DNA of 37,474 nucleotides from a virus (IMGVR_UViG_3300037604_000023:1-37474); one strand, 5' to 3'. Shown: positions 8,616 to 17,835, counted from the first letter of the stretch. Notes: generated from the letters alone by a model not told the origin. Numbers and translations: made by a program.

Positions 8616-9800
8616 TTAGCTGGCCAGCGGCACATCGCCGAGAAGCCGGCTGTTGTACTCGTTGGTGTCGTGGATGTTGAAGGTAAGCCGCTCCAGCGGT
8701 GCCGCGTCGCCCCAGTCGACGTCGATGAAGAGCTGGCCCATGTCCAGACTGTCATCGGTGTTGAGCTCTGGGTCGACCCAGACCTTGCCGCCCAGGATCG
8801 CGCCACGCCCGGTGAGCCGGTCGAGATAGGACTGCACGCTGTCGACGATGTCGCGCACGAGCTGGTCGGACATCGGCTTGTCACGCGCCCAGCGGTGCCC
8901 CTCCACGATGCTCTCGCCGATCATGCGGCGGGTGCGCACGGTGGTGGCGAAGGCGTCGCGCGGGTCGGTCGCGCGGGTGCGGTTGCCCAGCCACCGCAGC
9001 CCGTCGTCCTGGACGATGGTGGCATAGCCCAGCTCCGACAGAAGGTGCCCTTCGGTCTGGCCGTCGTCGATGATGTAGGCCACCGGCTGCGCCGCGGCGA
9101 CCGCCCCCATGACGCGGGTGTTGGACACCGACCACCAGAAGCCCTTGTCGATGATGCGCTTGGCGACGGCACCGAGATAGGAGGCTTCGGCCTCCTGGGT
9201 GACGACGGCGGCATCGTCGGCATCGTAGATGCGCATCTGGTTGGCGATCAGCCGGATCAGCCGCGACGACCAGAGCTCGGCATAGGTGGTGCGGTCGGCG
9301 AGGCCGGTGACCGGCCCCTGCGCAGCGAACTCGGCCTTGAGCGTCGTGCCGACGGTATCGAGTGCGACGGCGACCGGGTTCTTGGTCGCCGGGTCCGCGG
9401 GCATGGTGAAGCCCGGCGCGCCGATCAGGTCGGGCTCGACCCCCAGCACCGCCTGCGCAAGCGTTAGCGCGTGGACGCCCGTCTGGGCCACCGGATCGCC
9501 GATCACGTTGGCCTCGGTGGCCGCCGCGTCGAGGCCCTCATCGACGAAGACCATGATCACGCGGCTCACGCCATAGGCGTAGATCTGCGTGTAGACATCC
9601 TTGGCCGTGCCGGTCGCGCCCAGCTCGGCCGCCTGGCGCGGGCCGCTGATCCAAGTGGGCGTGTTGGCGGGGTAAACCCCCGCGTCGCGATCGGGGGCCG
9701 TGACGACAACGCCGATCACCGCCCCGCGGATGGTGCGGATCGGGCGGATGCCGTCGGTGATTTCCTTGTATTCGATGCCGTGGAGGAACTGCTCAGGCAT
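8616..9800 (-). CDS. Tail sheath protein (P2 FI-like)
   Basis: FLHGIE...RPIRT, GFWWSVSN, RWLGNRT and PLERLTF motifs. Confidence 0.93.
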   Translation of the reverse strand: MPEQFLHGIEYKEITDGIRPIRTIRGAVIGVVVTAPDRDAGVYPANTPTWISGPRQAAELGATGTAKDVYTQIYAYGVSRVIMVFVDEGLDAAATEANVIGDPVAQTGVHALTLAQAVLGVEPDLIGAPGFTMPADPATKNPVAVALDTVGTTLKAEFAAQGPVTGLADRTTYAELWSSRLIRLIANQMRIYDADDAAVVTQEAEASYLGAVAKRIIDKGFWWSVSNTRVMGAVAAAQPVAYIIDDGQTEGHLLSELGYATIVQDDGLRWLGNRTRATDPRDAFATTVRTRRMIGESIVEGHRWARDKPMSDQLVRDIVDSVQSYLDRLTGRGAILGGKVWVDPELNTDDSLDMGQLFIDVDWGDAAPLERLTFNIHDTNEYNSRLLGDVPLAS

Positions 9801-9875
9801 GACTTGTCTCCTTGTGCTGGCTGTTGAGGTTGGTGCTCGTGTTCATGGTGTTCTCCCTGTCCCTTTTGGCTGGTC

Positions 9876-10430
9876 CTACGGTGCCATCTCCGCCTGGTAC
9901 GCCGCCTCGAATGCGGCGGTGAGGTCGATCGCGGCGAGGGCATCGACGTCCGGGGCGGCGGTGATCTGGTCGCTCACCACCTTCTCGGCGGCGAAGCACG
10001 CGGCGACGTGGGCGGTGACGGCGGCGACGATCTGGTCGAGCTGCGCCTCGGCAAGCGTCACCCAGGCCTGGTCGCCCAGCTTCCAGTCGACGGAGGTGAT
10101 CAGCCCCTTGTCGAAGGCGGATTGCGCGGCGGTCAGGCGGCCCTGCGTCTTGTCGTCGGTGCGCACCGCCATGCCGCCCACCTCGATCCCACCGGTTTCG
10201 CGCTGCCAGCGGGTATTCGCGAGAGCTGTCAAAGCGCGCGTCCGGGCAATTTCGATTGACGGTGGCGCATAGGGAGCGATTTCGGCCGGGTCGAGCGCTT
10301 CGCGCAAGAATACCGCGACCGGGGTCGTGTCCTCCGGTGTAAGCGTGAATGGCAGCCAACCTTCGGTCGGATGGTTAATTTCGAGAGCAACCCTGTCGTC
10401 GCCCAAGCTCTTGGCATTACGGTATTCCAT
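9876..10430 (-). CDS. DUF4376-like tail fibre-associated protein
   Basis: RWQRETGGIEVGG..VRTD..TQ, VDWK and HVAACFAAE. TGATG coupling with the tail fibre stop. Confidence 0.8.
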   Translation of the reverse strand: MEYRNAKSLGDDRVALEINHPTEGWLPFTLTPEDTTPVAVFLREALDPAEIAPYAPPSIEIARTRALTALANTRWQRETGGIEVGGMAVRTDDKTQGRLTAAQSAFDKGLITSVDWKLGDQAWVTLAEAQLDQIVAAVTAHVAACFAAEKVVSDQITAAPDVDALAAIDLTAAFEAAYQAEMAP

Positions 10431-11695
10431 CACGCGACCCTCATGAATAGTCCGAGCTGATCCGACCCGACGTATGAAACGTTTTTCCATGTGCCGGGAG
10501 CCGTGTAAGCGGTCATTTGCGAACCGTCAGGAGAGGTCCACTTCAGGTTTTCTCCTGCAACGGCCTCCCACAGCCAACTGATCGTGATGCCGGGATCAAC
10601 ATACATCAGTGCAATTGCGTTCAGGCTCTCGTGTTGCGAGTGCGGACCTGTCGTCTGGTGTTGAATCGCCTGCGCTGTCGCCAAGGGGTGCATCGACTTG
10701 GTCTCGTCGACACCCGCTTCCGCCTCTTCCATTGTCGCCCAATCAGGCGAAACCTGAGCCATCTCCTGCTGAACAAACGCGGTGGTGGCGAGGCGCGTGG
10801 AGTTGTTCCCCTGAGGCTGCGTCGGTGCCGTCGGATTGCCGGTGAAGGCCGGAGACGACTTGGGGGCCTTCGCATCAAGAGCCGTCTGGAGACCCGTGAC
10901 ATCTCCGATCGCATGCCCGTGGCTCGCACCCGCCTTCGCATCCAGCGCCGCCTGCAGATTGGTGATATCCCCAATCGCGTGCCCGTGGCTTCCCGAGGCC
11001 TTCGCATCAAGCGCGGCCTGAAGGCCCGTCACATCCCCGATTGCGTGGTTGTGGCTGAACCCTGCCGCCGCCTTCACCGCCTTGGCCAGCTCTTCCGTGG
11101 TGATCGCCTTGTGCGCCGGGCTGCCCCCGTCATCGGCATCGCGCAGCGCAAAGGTGTCCGTGGCCGGGTCCACGTCCGCCCCTGCTATCGCGTCCAGCGT
11201 GCCGATATCCAGCTTCAGCGTGCGGTCGCCGCTCAGATCGCCACCGCCCGCCAGCCCGCCGCCGGTATCGACGCGGCGTGTCGCGGGCACGAAGGCGAAG
11301 GACGTGTCGATCTGCACCACCACGTTCTGGAACTGCGAGGTGAGTACATGGATGCGCGTGTCGAGCGTGATCGGTTGATCGGCCAGCACCAGCTTGTTGA
11401 AGCCTTCCATTCGCCCGATGAACAGCAGCGTACCCGCGTCGTCGAAGAGGCCCACCTCGTAGAGCACGTAAGGCCCGTCCTCGGCCTCGAGCCGCGCGTC
11501 GAAATACGTCTTCTGCCCGTCGACGCCAGAGGCCAGCACCGGCTTGCGCACCACCTCGGTGGTGAGTGCCGTCTCGCCGCCCGTGGGGTGACGGTCCTCG
11601 GTGCCGAAGGCGACCTCGGTCACCGTGATCGGCGTCCCGTCGGCGAGCGCCTGCGCCACGGCCGACTGGCCCGCATTGGTAATCAGCATGGACAT
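10430..11695 (-). CDS. Tail fibre protein (P2 gpH-like N-terminus, His-containing repeats)
   Basis: N-terminal ITNAG...EVGLFDDAGTL, three HxHAIGD.TxLQxALDAKA repeats and SPAFTGNPTAPT...ATTAFVQ. Confidence 0.9.
   Translation of the reverse strand: MSMLITNAGQSAVAQALADGTPITVTEVAFGTEDRHPTGGETALTTEVVRKPVLASGVDGQKTYFDARLEAEDGPYVLYEVGLFDDAGTLLFIGRMEGFNKLVLADQPITLDTRIHVLTSQFQNVVVQIDTSFAFVPATRRVDTGGGLAGGGDLSGDRTLKLDIGTLDAIAGADVDPATDTFALRDADDGGSPAHKAITTEELAKAVKAAAGFSHNHAIGDVTGLQAALDAKASGSHGHAIGDITNLQAALDAKAGASHGHAIGDVTGLQTALDAKAPKSSPAFTGNPTAPTQPQGNNSTRLATTAFVQQEMAQVSPDWATMEEAEAGVDETKSMHPLATAQAIQHQTTGPHSQHESLNAIALMYVDPGITISWLWEAVAGENLKWTSPDGSQMTAYTAPGTWKNVSYVGSDQLGLFMRVA
10856..11053 (-). repeat. Three tandem 66-nt (22-aa) tail fibre repeats
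   Basis: HNHAIGDVTGLQAALDAKASGS / HGHAIGDITNLQAALDAKAGAS / HGHAIGDVTGLQTALDAKAPKS. Confidence 0.9.
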
Positions 11696-11711
11696 GAAGC
11701 CATCTCTCCCA

Positions 11712-12332
11712 TCATTGAATCTCGATCCGCGCGTTCGCGGCCAGAACCGCGGCAACTGGGATCGTCGCGATCAACTCCACGCTCGTCGGCACGAGCGGGT
11801 GCACCTCGATCCGCGCCCCGGCGGACAGGAACGCACCGGCATAGACCTCCGCCTCGATGCCGAAGAAGGCGAGGATCGAGTAATGCGACCGGACGGGCTT
11901 GGTCGCGTCGACGCCGTCCGCGATCCCCGCGACCAGTGCTGCGTTGAAGGTCTTGCCGCGCGCGATCAGGCGGGCCACGTCCACCCGGACCTTGAAGGTG
12001 TGCGCCGCCGCGCCGTCCTGCCACCACTCGACTATCTCGGCAGGCGCGCCCGCCGCCGCCAGGGCGCGCTTGACCGCGCCCACGGTGCCCTTGCGCCGGT
12101 GTACCTCGACGGACTGCCGGATGATCTCGCGCTTGGTTTCCTCGGGCGCGGTGCTGTCCCAGACATCGACCGAGAATGCCCAGGCGAGCCAGGGCAACAG
12201 ATGCGCGGGGCAGGTGTCGGGGTTCCACAGGTGCCGGATCGGGACGTCGGCCTCGCCGATGCGGGCCATCGCCTGTTCGAGCGCGCGCTCGGTGCGCGTG
12301 GAGTTCGGGGGCAGGAGGTTCACGTCAGACAT
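11712..12332 (-). CDS. Tail protein I (P2 gpI-like)
   Basis: LLPPNST..ERALE, LWNPDTCPAHLLPWLAWAFSVD.W and HRRKGT. Confidence 0.93.
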   Translation of the reverse strand: MSDVNLLPPNSTRTERALEQAMARIGEADVPIRHLWNPDTCPAHLLPWLAWAFSVDVWDSTAPEETKREIIRQSVEVHRRKGTVGAVKRALAAAGAPAEIVEWWQDGAAAHTFKVRVDVARLIARGKTFNAALVAGIADGVDATKPVRSHYSILAFFGIEAEVYAGAFLSAGARIEVHPLVPTSVELIATIPVAAVLAANARIEIQ

Positions 12333-13227
12333 CGGTGCCCCCCACCGTGATCGTGATCCCGGTGCAGTGACTGGCCTCGGCCTCGCCCACCACCAGGTCC
12401 GCCGCCGGCGAGACCAGGTCGACATTCTGGACACCGGGCTGGTGTAACGCGGCGAAGAGCCCCGACCGGGTGACATCGCGGCCCAGCCGGTGCTGCGCGT
12501 CGATGTAGTCCTGTACGGCGGCCTCGGCCGCCGCCTCCACCACGCTGGCATCCGGTCCGGGATAGAGCGTCAGGGTGGCCTCGACCGCGTATGTCAGGAT
12601 GGTGGCGGACTGCACGGTCACGTTATCGGTGAGTGGGCGCACGTCATCGTCGCTCAGGACCGCGTCCACCGCGGCGATCAGCCCGGCCGGCGCGGTTCCG
12701 TCGCCCTGGCGGCTGAGCACCGTGACGGTCACGTCGCCCGGCGTGGGGCTCTCGACGGCGATGTCGAGCACGTCCGGATCAGCGCCCAGCCCGTGGAACA
12801 CGTAGGCCCCCACAGGCCCCGCCGTGCTGAACCCCTCGAAGGACAGCTGCACCCGGCGGCGCAGCTCGGCATCGCTCTCGTAGGTGGGCGGGACCGGCGG
12901 GATGGCGTCGGGATCACCGGCGTCGAGGAGAAGCCGTGCGACGTTGTAATTGGCGGCGATGGCGTCGAGGTCCGTGCTGGTGGCATGGGCCAGCATCACC
13001 GCTCGCGCGCCGTCGTTGATCTCGCCGCGGACAAGCAGCACGTAGTAGGCTGCGATCTCCAGCAGCTTGACGGCCGGTTCGCTTTCCAGGTCGAGCACGC
13101 GCGCGAGATCGGGTGCCGCGGCGCGCACCATGCCCTTCATCGTCTCGAGCTCGGCCTCGTAGTCGAGCTGCTGAATGACCTGCGGCGAGGGCAGCTTCGA
13201 CAGATCGACCTGGGTAAACGCCGTCAT
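12325..13227 (-). CDS. Baseplate J protein
   Basis: VDLSKLPSP, ESEPAVKLLE, ESDAELRRR, STAGPVGAY and VRPLTD. Confidence 0.95.
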   Translation of the reverse strand: MTAFTQVDLSKLPSPQVIQQLDYEAELETMKGMVRAAAPDLARVLDLESEPAVKLLEIAAYYVLLVRGEINDGARAVMLAHATSTDLDAIAANYNVARLLLDAGDPDAIPPVPPTYESDAELRRRVQLSFEGFSTAGPVGAYVFHGLGADPDVLDIAVESPTPGDVTVTVLSRQGDGTAPAGLIAAVDAVLSDDDVRPLTDNVTVQSATILTYAVEATLTLYPGPDASVVEAAAEAAVQDYIDAQHRLGRDVTRSGLFAALHQPGVQNVDLVSPAADLVVGEAEASHCTGITITVGGTDV

Positions 13228-13565
13228 GCCGCTGCCCCCTCCACGTCGAGCTCGAACTCGACACGCTCGTCACCGATAGCGCCTGTGAGCTCGATCCTGT
13301 GATGGCCATCCTCGGCCTCTTTCAGCTGCACGCGCGACAGCACGAAGCGCGGCTCCCAGCGCGCGAGGGCGATGGCACTTTCATGGAACACCTCGGTGAC
13401 GGTCTCGGGGTTTCCCGGCGCGTCGCGCAGACGGGGCAGGCGCGAGCCATAGTCGCACCGCATCACCCGCGTGCCGACAGGCGTCGTGAGAATGTCCGCG
13501 ATCGACTGGAAGACATGCTCACGAAGCGCCATCGGCCTGGCCGTATGCCGGGAGAGACCGCTCAT
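13224..13565 (-). CDS. Baseplate wedge protein gpW/gp25 family
   Basis: HVFQSIADILTTPVGTRVMRCDYGS...RWEPR. Confidence 0.93.
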   Translation of the reverse strand: MSGLSRHTARPMALREHVFQSIADILTTPVGTRVMRCDYGSRLPRLRDAPGNPETVTEVFHESAIALARWEPRFVLSRVQLKEAEDGHHRIELTGAIGDERVEFELDVEGAAA

Positions 13566-13765
13566 TCCTTGGACGCCACCGGCTTCTTCGAGGCGGTCGG
13601 CTTGACCGGGCTGTCCTGCGCCTCCTTGGCGGGCTTGGCCGGCTCGACATTCTCGTAGCGCGCGGCCCGCGGCGTGAGTGTCACGATGTCACCCTCCTTG
13701 CGCCGCCGCCCGGCAACCCAGCCGTCTGCCCTGACCCTGTAATCCCGTGTCTTGCCCTTGCTCAT
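13562..13765 (-). CDS. Small hypothetical virion-module protein
   Basis: Fills the gap between gpV and gpW genes with RBS and overlap; Lys-rich tail. Confidence 0.65.
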   Translation of the reverse strand: MSKGKTRDYRVRADGWVAGRRRKEGDIVTLTPRAARYENVEPAKPAKEAQDSPVKPTASKKPVASKE

Positions 13766-13777
13766 GTCCTTCACTCC

Positions 13778-14224
13778 TTAAGCATTGCCCGAAGGCACAT
13801 CGGTTTCCGTGCCGCCGGCGACGACGCCGCCGTGCACGTGGTTGACCAGGGAGATGCCGCCGGCGATCACGTCCTTCGTCACCACCAGCGTGCCGTCGAT
13901 CACCATCTGTCCCGCACCGCCGTTCAGATCGATCATCGGAACCCCCTCGTCGGAGGAGGGCGCGTTGCCCGCATAGAGCGAGGCCACGATGACCGCCTGA
14001 CCGATGTCGCCGCCGGGGCTCGCCACGAGCACCTGCTCGCCGACTGCCGGCATCCACCAAAAGCTCAACGGTCCGGCGCGCAGCGCGGCGACCTTGATCT
14101 CGGGCGTGATGACGTCCCCGAGCTTCACGCGCGCCCGGCCGGCCTGACCGTTCACGTTCGTGATCGTGCCGATCTCGATGAAGTTGCCGCTCTTGCGGTC
14201 TGCCTCCGCGTCGGACTTGCTCAC
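13778..14224 (-). CDS. Baseplate assembly / spike protein V
   Basis: RAG..SFWWMPAVGEQVLVASPGGD and C-terminal ISLVNHVHGGV (HxH). GTG start overlaps the upstream stop. Confidence 0.9.
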   Translation of the reverse strand: MSKSDAEADRKSGNFIEIGTITNVNGQAGRARVKLGDVITPEIKVAALRAGPLSFWWMPAVGEQVLVASPGGDIGQAVIVASLYAGNAPSSDEGVPMIDLNGGAGQMVIDGTLVVTKDVIAGGISLVNHVHGGVVAGGTETDVPSGNA

Positions 14225-14769
14225 GGCGTGTCTCCGATCTGCTCGTAGTCGTCCTGGTGATCCGCCCCGATCTCCGGCGCGGTGCCGAGATAGAGCGTCA
14301 GATCCGCAGGCTGGGTCTCGGGCAGGGGCTGTAGCACCAGGGGCTGCACCCAGGTGACCGCCCACAGGCTGGCCTTCGACTTCTCCATGCCGGCATTCAC
14401 GATGGGCTGCGCGCGCACGTTCTGCGCCTCGCCGCAATCGTCGATTTCCCAGTGCTGGTCGGGCACATATGCGGCGATGAGGCCGGCCATGGCGGCCGCG
14501 GCCTGGTCGCGGGGCAGCGCACCCATCCGGTCGGTGGTGACCACGAAGGCCGCCATCGCCGCCTCGAAGCCGTGGCGCGGACCGGACCACCCGGCCTTCT
14601 GCGTGAGCTCCAGCAGCGATACGAGAACGGCGGGCGCACGCACGGCTTCGGCGCGGAGGCGTTCGAGATTGAACCGCCCGGCGATCGCGTCGCACTGCTT
14701 GAGCCCAGGTAGCAGCAGCTTGAAGTCCAGGGCCACCGTTTGTGGCAGGTTGGTCAGCAGCGAGCTCAT
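14221..14769 (-). CDS. Putative tail completion/terminator protein (Mu gp37-like position)
   Basis: Synteny and stop/start overlaps; RAPAVLVS and LWAVTW.Q motifs. Confidence 0.65.
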   Translation of the reverse strand: MSSLLTNLPQTVALDFKLLLPGLKQCDAIAGRFNLERLRAEAVRAPAVLVSLLELTQKAGWSGPRHGFEAAMAAFVVTTDRMGALPRDQAAAAMAGLIAAYVPDQHWEIDDCGEAQNVRAQPIVNAGMEKSKASLWAVTWVQPLVLQPLPETQPADLTLYLGTAPEIGADHQDDYEQIGDTP

Positions 14770-15245
14770 TGCAGCAGCTCCCGAAGATCGCCTTCGACGA
14801 GATCGGCGATAGCGCGACGGTCCTCATCGGAAATGCCCAGGTAAGGTCGCGCCGGGATATCGCCCCATGGGATGGGGCTGCCGCGCGACGTGGTGCCGAA
14901 CGCGCCCTGTTCAGCGCCGAACTGGTGGGTGGCGGCATAGACGAGGTTCGATCCCACGATGGCCGTCGAACCGCGCGAGACATTGGCGATGCTGTCGAGC
15001 AGGCCGCCGCCGCCCATGAGCAGCGATTGTCCCCCATGCCTCGTGGCGGCGTAGGCTTCCGACCACGGTGCCCAGGGCGCGCCCTCGGGGCTGGTTTTCT
15101 CGGTGGCGATCCGCTCGCGGGTACTGCCCTCCAGCAGTGCCCCCACGTTGTAGGCAAGATCGGCGATCTGCCAGCCGGTGAGCGCGCGCAGCCCGGCTTG
15201 CGCCTGTGCGGTGTCCAGTTCGAAATGATGCGCGACGCCTGCCAT
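14766..15245 (-). CDS. Phage virion morphogenesis protein (Mu gpG / P2 gpS-like)
   Basis: SPEGAPWAPWS, VGSNLVYAATHQFG and IPARPYLGIS. Confidence 0.92.
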   Translation of the reverse strand: MAGVAHHFELDTAQAQAGLRALTGWQIADLAYNVGALLEGSTRERIATEKTSPEGAPWAPWSEAYAATRHGGQSLLMGGGGLLDSIANVSRGSTAIVGSNLVYAATHQFGAEQGAFGTTSRGSPIPWGDIPARPYLGISDEDRRAIADLVEGDLRELLQ

Positions 15246-15679
15246 CAGAGCCCCCGGGTCTTTTCGCGGCTGAAGGCGCGCTCGGGGCCGCCCGACACGA
15301 TGGGCGAGGGGCTTTCGAAATCGGCCTCGTCGCTCTCGGGGTCGGCCGGGATGGCGAGATGCTGCTCGCCCTTCGCGATACGCTTGAGCGCCGCGATGGC
15401 ATCCTCGTAGCGCTGCCGTCCCTCCTCGGTGACATACGTGGCCGCGACGCTCAGCCGGTAGAGCGCGATATCCACGCAGTACTGGGTGAGAACCGGGTGC
15501 GCCCCTTCGAGCGGCAGATCGTGACGGACACCCACGTAGCTGTCGATCTCGGCCGAGGCGGCTTCGAGTGCGCGCGACACGGTTGCGGCATCGGCCACGC
15601 CATCGCCATCGCGGTCGGCCACCGCCAGCGCGTCTGCGCCGTAGAGCGTCTCGATATCCGACTGCGTGGCGTAAGCCAT
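15245..15679 (-). CDS. Mu gp36-like head-tail adaptor (DUF1320)
   Basis: MAYATQSDI, ASAEIDSYVG.R..LPL, CVDIALYRL, RYEDAIAALKRIAKG; strong AGGAGG RBS. Confidence 0.92.
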   Translation of the reverse strand: MAYATQSDIETLYGADALAVADRDGDGVADAATVSRALEAASAEIDSYVGVRHDLPLEGAHPVLTQYCVDIALYRLSVAATYVTEEGRQRYEDAIAALKRIAKGEQHLAIPADPESDEADFESPSPIVSGGPERAFSREKTRGL

Positions 15680-15727
15680 GTGTCCTCCTGGTCAGGTTCC
15701 GGCCTCCGCAAGAGGCAGCGCCGTGGC

Positions 15728-15970
15728 CTAGTTGCCGGGTTCGGGCTTCGTCGCCGCCTTGACGCCCCACATCGCGGCCTCCTCGGCGGCGGTCATCGCC
15801 AGCGCCTTGAGGCGACGGACCTCGCCGGAGGCGGCCCCTCGGTTTCCGCCATCATCCACCGCCTCGATTGCGTCGATGAGCGCGGCCGCAAGAGCCTTGA
15901 TCTTGTCGACGTCCGGATCAGAAGACGGATTGAACGAGACGCCTACGCGGTATTCGCCGAATTGCGCCAT
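15728..15970 (-). CDS. Small helical-hairpin protein, Acb2/Tad1-like (candidate nucleotide-signal sponge)
   Basis: FNPS...VDKIKALAAALIDAI...RRLKALAMTAAEEAAMWGVKAATK resembles the R..A.A.T..EEA.MW helix of Tad1/Acb2-type proteins. AAGGAG RBS. Confidence 0.6.
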   Translation of the reverse strand: MAQFGEYRVGVSFNPSSDPDVDKIKALAAALIDAIEAVDDGGNRGAASGEVRRLKALAMTAAEEAAMWGVKAATKPEPGN

Positions 15971-15973
15971 CGT

Positions 15974-16405
15974 TCACTGCTCCTTCGGGACCTTGAAGCC
16001 GCCCTCCACGAGCCGCGCCATGGCGGCGTCGCGCGCAGCGTCGGTGATCAGTGCGTCATCGGCTGCCGTGGCCGCCTTGCGCAGCGGTTTGAGCTTGGGC
16101 AGGCCACCCTCGGTGAAGTCCCCCGCGCCGAGCCCGGGGATGACGCGCATCAGCTCGTCGATCACCGTCTCGGGCGTGGTAGTCTCGGACGCGCCCGCCG
16201 CGGCGGCCTCGATCTCCTCGGCGGTGGCCTCGCGGATGTGCAGGAGCGGCTCGTCCATCAGCCGCTTCCAGTCGGCATCCCCGAGGTCTCCGGAGGCGAC
16301 CACCGTGCCCGCGTCGGGCCAGAAACGCCCGGCGCGGTAGATACCGCGCAGGCCAGCGCGCTGACGTTCGCGCGTGCGCACGGCGGCGATAAAGCGGTGT
16401 GTCAT
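15974..16405 (-). CDS. HI1506-related / Mu gp35-like protein
   Basis: GIYRAGRFW...LMDEPLLHI and DFTEGGLPKL; directly after the major capsid gene. Confidence 0.7.
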   Translation of the reverse strand: MTHRFIAAVRTRERQRAGLRGIYRAGRFWPDAGTVVASGDLGDADWKRLMDEPLLHIREATAEEIEAAAAGASETTTPETVIDELMRVIPGLGAGDFTEGGLPKLKPLRKAATAADDALITDAARDAAMARLVEGGFKVPKEQ

Positions 16406-16416
16406 CTGCCCCTCCG

Positions 16417-17340
16417 TTACTGCAGCCACGAGGTAACGATGACCTCGCAGGCCTGGTAATGGGGGTTCGACGCCCCGTTGACGTCCACCATGGTCTCGAA
16501 CAGGCGGCGTGCCGCGCTCTCGTTGTCGGGCGAGACCAGGCAGACATTGGGCTTGATGCCCAGCGGACGCCCGCCATCAGCGGTCCACTTGCGCATGGCC
16601 GTGCGGTAGGCCTCGAAGTTGGCCGCGGTCAGGTCGTTGCGGCTGCCATAGGCCATCTGCCAGAAGCCGAGGCCAGCGTTGCAGCGGTACCGGATACCGT
16701 AGCGGAACGTGTCGGTATCGAACACCGCATCCGAGTTGCGCGGATCGGTCTTGGCCTCGAACTCCGGGTTGGTGCGCTCCTGGAAGATGAACGGTTTGAG
16801 CGGCTTGCGCGTATCGAGAAGCAGCCAGAGAGGATCGCCCGACGCGGCATCGTCGTCGTAGTTCGACACCGTGGCGGCCACGCCGGTGCCGTCCGCGTTG
16901 GGATAGACCGGATGGTCGGTGTCGAGGAAGTTCTGCCCGTCGAAGCACAGGGTGCTGTCGGCCGCCGCGATCAGGTCAGAGATCAGCCGGTCGGGGTGCT
17001 GCGCGGCCTCCATCCCCATGGTCGCCATGAGCGGGCCGTAGACGCCGTAGCTGTCGTCCTCGATCGACGTGCGGGGCACGCCGACGGTGCTCTCGTAGAG
17101 CTTGTTGACCAGCTCGTAGCCATGCGCCTTCATGTCCTTGACGGTACGCGAGCCGACCCATTCGATCAGCGCCGGGAAGTCGCCCAGCCAGCCGTAGGTG
17201 TTCGAGGCGCTCGAAGAGGGCACACGGGTGGCCACGCTCTGCCAGAAGCTTTCCTCCTTGGCGGCATCGTAGGCCTGCTGGAACTCACGCCGATAGCCCG
17301 TATTGAGGGCGGTCAGCAGCTGTGGGGTAACGATTGCCAT
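16417..17340 (-). CDS. Mu-like major head subunit gpT
   Basis: NTYGWLGDFP..EWVG.R, CFDGQNFLDTDHPV, KPFIFQER and GFWQMAYGS. Confidence 0.96.
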   Translation of the reverse strand: MAIVTPQLLTALNTGYRREFQQAYDAAKEESFWQSVATRVPSSSASNTYGWLGDFPALIEWVGSRTVKDMKAHGYELVNKLYESTVGVPRTSIEDDSYGVYGPLMATMGMEAAQHPDRLISDLIAAADSTLCFDGQNFLDTDHPVYPNADGTGVAATVSNYDDDAASGDPLWLLLDTRKPLKPFIFQERTNPEFEAKTDPRNSDAVFDTDTFRYGIRYRCNAGLGFWQMAYGSRNDLTAANFEAYRTAMRKWTADGGRPLGIKPNVCLVSPDNESAARRLFETMVDVNGASNPHYQACEVIVTSWLQ

Positions 17341-17343
17341 TTA

Positions 17344-17835
17344 TCAGGCCTCCTGCTCTTGTTTCGCCTTGGCGAATTCCGCCTCGGGGACGCCCAGGGC
17401 ATGGGCGACGGCGATGTCCTCCGCGCTCAGGCCGGACTTGCCGGCGGCGGTATCGGCGCGCGCCTTCTCGTCCATCTCTTCGGTGCCGCCGACGACGCGG
17501 GGCATCTTGTCCAGAGTCGCGCGGAACTTCTCCGTGCCCTGGGCGCGCGCCATCTCGATGAAGTCATCCTTGGCGGCCGGCGCGATCTTGCCTGCCTCGA
17601 TGCCTTCCTCCACGAGCCCCGTGAGCTCCTGGGTGGCGCGGGCGGTATCGGCCTGCTCGAACTTGTCGATCCGCGCCAGGGCGGCCTCGTGCTGCGCCCT
17701 GGGCACGTACTTGTCGCGGTCCGGCCCCGCGCGGGCGGTTTCCACCGTGCTTTTCAGATCGGTGATCTTGGCCACCGCGTCGGCGGTCGTTGCGTCGGGC
17801 TTGAGCCCCAACGCCTCAAGGACGTCCTTGTCCAT
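17344..17835 (-). CDS. Scaffolding protein (Mu gpZ-like), in-frame internal start within the protease gene
   Basis: AAGGAG-N6-ATG preceding MDKDVLEALGL inside the gpI ORF; same arrangement as Mu I/Z. Confidence 0.7.
   Translation of the reverse strand: MDKDVLEALGLKPDATTADAVAKITDLKSTVETARAGPDRDKYVPRAQHEAALARIDKFEQADTARATQELTGLVEEGIEAGKIAPAAKDDFIEMARAQGTEKFRATLDKMPRVVGGTEEMDEKARADTAAGKSGLSAEDIAVAHALGVPEAEFAKAKQEQEA

Noticed and set aside
15702-15716. Small hairpin GCCTC-N5-GAGGC after the Acb2/Tad1-like gene
   Set aside because: Short stem with no U-tract; not supportable as a terminator.
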